This document shows, one piece after another, positions 14,708 through 16,317 of a stretch of DNA of 16,317 nucleotides (position 1 is the stretch's first letter; each line of letters starts with the position of its first letter). The DNA lies in the NCBI GenBank assembly GCA_964549355.1, contig CAZJUS010000019.1, positions 1-16,317 of the forward strand, written 5' to 3'. A program made the translations under genes and the position numbers. The stretch comes from Candidatus Undinarchaeota archaeon (GTDB taxonomy: Archaea; SpSt-1190). Under the pieces are notes generated by a model. The model saw only the letters and a program-made list of their open reading frames with translations. It had not been told where the DNA came from and searched no databases.

Positions 14708-15457
14708 GTGGGAAAGCAAAGGATAAGCCTCACCATAGACGAACTGCTTTTGAACCGTGTAGACAGGCAGATTGGAAAACTGGCCAACAACAGGAGCAAT
14801 GTGATTGAAGCCCTGCTCCGGAAAGGCCTCATGAACCAGATGCCGAAAAGCGCAGTGCTCCTTGTCGGGGGCGGAAAAGAGAGCAGGATGATGGAGAAAT
14901 TCGACGACTCGACCTTGATAGAGTACCACGTAGAAGCCTTGCGGAGGGCAGGCATAAAGGATGTTTTTGTCCTGGGGTCGGACATAGACCAAATGAAAAC
15001 ACATCTGAGCAGCAAGGGCATCCATGTCCGGTTCATAAAGGATGAAAACGAAGGCAGTGCAGGTGCGCTGAGAAAACTGAAGGGCATCATAGACAACACT
15101 TTTCTTGTCCTGTATGGGGATGTAGTGACCAAAGCGGATTTGGTGGACATGTACCAGTTCCACATGAAGGAAAACTGCCTGGTCACCATGGGTCTGACCA
15201 CCTCCGATAAAATCAGCAAATTCGGCGTTATTGAGATGAAAGGCACGCGGGTCGTGAATTTCTCAGAGAAGCCCAAGAGGAGCAAGAGCTTCCTGGTCAG
15301 CGTAGGCATTTTCGTAATGGAACCCGAGATTTTCGACATGATTCCGGAAGACAAGAAAATCAGCATAGAGGAGGCAATAGTGCCTCCGCTGGTGAAATCC
15401 GGCCAGCTTTCCGGCTACGCCTTTGGAGGGTTCTGGAAGGACTACGGCGGGGAATAA
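14708..15457 (+). CDS. Ribbon-helix-helix domain fused to an NDP-sugar pyrophosphorylase-like (NTP_transferase) domain
   Basis: N-terminal KQRISLTIDELLLNRVD...NRSNVIEALLRKGL (CopG/NikR-type RHH). Then AVLLVGG, GSAGAL, FLVLYGD, FGVIEM, FSEKP, GIFVMEPEIF and FWKDYG of the nucleotidyltransferase fold. Confidence 0.88.
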   Translation: MGKQRISLTIDELLLNRVDRQIGKLANNRSNVIEALLRKGLMNQMPKSAVLLVGGGKESRMMEKFDDSTLIEYHVEALRRAGIKDVFVLGSDIDQMKTHLSSKGIHVRFIKDENEGSAGALRKLKGIIDNTFLVLYGDVVTKADLVDMYQFHMKENCLVTMGLTTSDKISKFGVIEMKGTRVVNFSEKPKRSKSFLVSVGIFVMEPEIFDMIPEDKKISIEEAIVPPLVKSGQLSGYAFGGFWKDYGGE

Positions 15458-15464
15458 TTAAAGG

Positions 15465-15472
15465 TTTAATAC
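15465..15472 (+). promoter_or_regulatory. TATA box for the DUF211-VIT operon
   Basis: AAAGG followed by TTTAATAC, about 21 nt upstream of ATG 15493. Confidence 0.55.
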
Positions 15473-15492
15473 TAAGACATGCCTATGTTTTT

Positions 15493-15789
15493 ATGGAGAA
15501 TATTCGGAAGGTGGTCCTTGATGTGGCCAAGCCCATGGAGCCCAACATTATTGAGCTGGCCAGCATTCTGTCCAAGATTGAAGGAACTGCAGGTGTGAAT
15601 GTCAGTGTTGTTGAAGTAGACAGAAAAGTTGAGAATGTCAGAGTCACCATTAAAGGGCCCAACCTGAATATAGACAAACTATTCAAAGCCATTAAAAAAA
15701 CAGGTTCTGCCATTCACAGCATTGATGAGGTAGCCACGGGTGAAGAGATAGTAGACCATGCTAAAATACTTGACAATCCAAGAATTTGA
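15493..15789 (+). CDS. DUF211 family archaeal protein
   Basis: IRKVVLDVAKPMEPNIIELA...GVNVSVVEVD...GSAIHSIDEVATGEEIV matches the DUF211 pattern (RRLVLDVLKPHEP...IHSIDEV). Confidence 0.9.
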   Translation: MENIRKVVLDVAKPMEPNIIELASILSKIEGTAGVNVSVVEVDRKVENVRVTIKGPNLNIDKLFKAIKKTGSAIHSIDEVATGEEIVDHAKILDNPRI

Positions 15790-15813
15790 ATCCAAAAGTG
15801 AAAAGTGAATGGA

Positions 15814-16317
15814 ATGCTGAATGACCCAATTGCACGGCGGTATTTTGTAATGAACACCTTTGATGGGGTCATGACTGTGATGGGTTTAATTCTTGGAGGC
15901 GCATTCACTATCGCAGACCCGTTGGTGCTCTTCAAAACCGGCCTCGGCGCCAGCCTGGCAATCATGATAAGCGGTTTCTTTGGAGCGTATATGACAGAGA
16001 AGGCGGAGCGGACTGCTGAAATAAAAATTTTGGAAAAACATTTATTCCGGAGTCTGAAAGGGACCCAGGTGGAAAAAACTGCCAGAGGCAAAACATTGAT
16101 GCTGGCTGCAATCGACGGTCTTTCACCGTTTTTAGGCTCGTTTCTGCCTCTCCTGCCTTTCCTGTTTGCCCATTTTGGCGTCCTGGATTTTGCATCCGCC
16201 TTTGTAGTTGCAATGGCTCTTGCCTTTGGTCTGCTGGTGTTCCTCGGCATCTACCTTGGAAAAATTATGGAGGAGAACCCTTGGAAGATGGGTCTGCTTT
16301 TCATGGTCGGCGGGGTC
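15814..16317 (+). CDS. VIT1/CCC1-like membrane protein (archaeal type), 3'-truncated by the window end
   Basis: Hand translation: MLNDPIARRYFVMNTFDGVMTVMGLILG...ISGFFGAYMTEKAER...LEKHLFRSLKGT...IDGLSPFLGSFLPLLPF..., open to the window end. The RRYFVxNxFDG and GAYxxExAER motifs are present. GTG 15805 is an alternative start. Not in the ORF track. Confidence 0.88.
   Translation, partial: MLNDPIARRYFVMNTFDGVMTVMGLILGGAFTIADPLVLFKTGLGASLAIMISGFFGAYMTEKAERTAEIKILEKHLFRSLKGTQVEKTARGKTLMLAAIDGLSPFLGSFLPLLPFLFAHFGVLDFASAFVVAMALAFGLLVFLGIYLGKIMEENPWKMGLLFMVGGV

Noticed and set aside
14001..15366. Minus ORFs of 150-221 aa opposite cmk and the RHH-nucleotidyltransferase
   Set aside because: Antisense shadows that are Ser/Phe-rich and lack domains.
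15714..16250. 178-aa minus ORF in the track
   Set aside because: It is antisense to the real VIT-family gene, which the track missed because that gene has no stop within the window.
1..16317. Selenocysteine, pyrrolysine or genome-wide stop recoding suggested by TGA-ATG and TAG-ATG junctions
   Set aside because: All conserved genes end at family-typical lengths using TAA, TAG and TGA, with no internal stops in conserved domains. The standard code fits.

Overview
Gene-dense archaeal chromosomal segment. Archaeal origin is indicated by TATA-box promoters about 20-28 nt upstream of apparently leaderless starts, GGTGA/GGAGG Shine-Dalgarno motifs, AglB, and archaeal-type GluRS, TopA and Cmk. A DPANN-like lineage is only my inference from gene content. 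The left ~6.7 kb is accessory/regulatory: a partial membrane gene, a wHTH regulator, a CxxC-x17-CxxC microprotein missing from the ORF track, a HIT protein, TrmB, a membrane-anchored GILT/DsbA-like thioredoxin-fold protein, a DtxR-feoA-feoB-feoC operon with a clear TTAGG-N4-CCTAA operator over the start codon, and a DUF5320-DUF134-Zn-ribbon operon whose last gene is also missing from the track. The right ~9.6 kb is mostly housekeeping: gltX, AmrS radical SAM, a hypothetical protein, topA, aglB, cmk, an RHH-nucleotidyltransferase fusion with an eroded catalytic loop, DUF211 and a partial VIT1/CCC1-like transporter. I found no rRNA, tRNA, CRISPR array, integrase or transposase. The best leads are the RHH-pseudo-nucleotidyltransferase (possible NDP-sugar-sensing regulator near aglB), a candidate extended DtxR regulon, the DUF5320/DUF134/Zn-ribbon module, an in-frame micro-ORF bridging aglB and cmk, and a relic 3' end of the thioredoxin gene that suggests HIT+TrmB were inserted. 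All family calls come from motif recognition; no searches were run.
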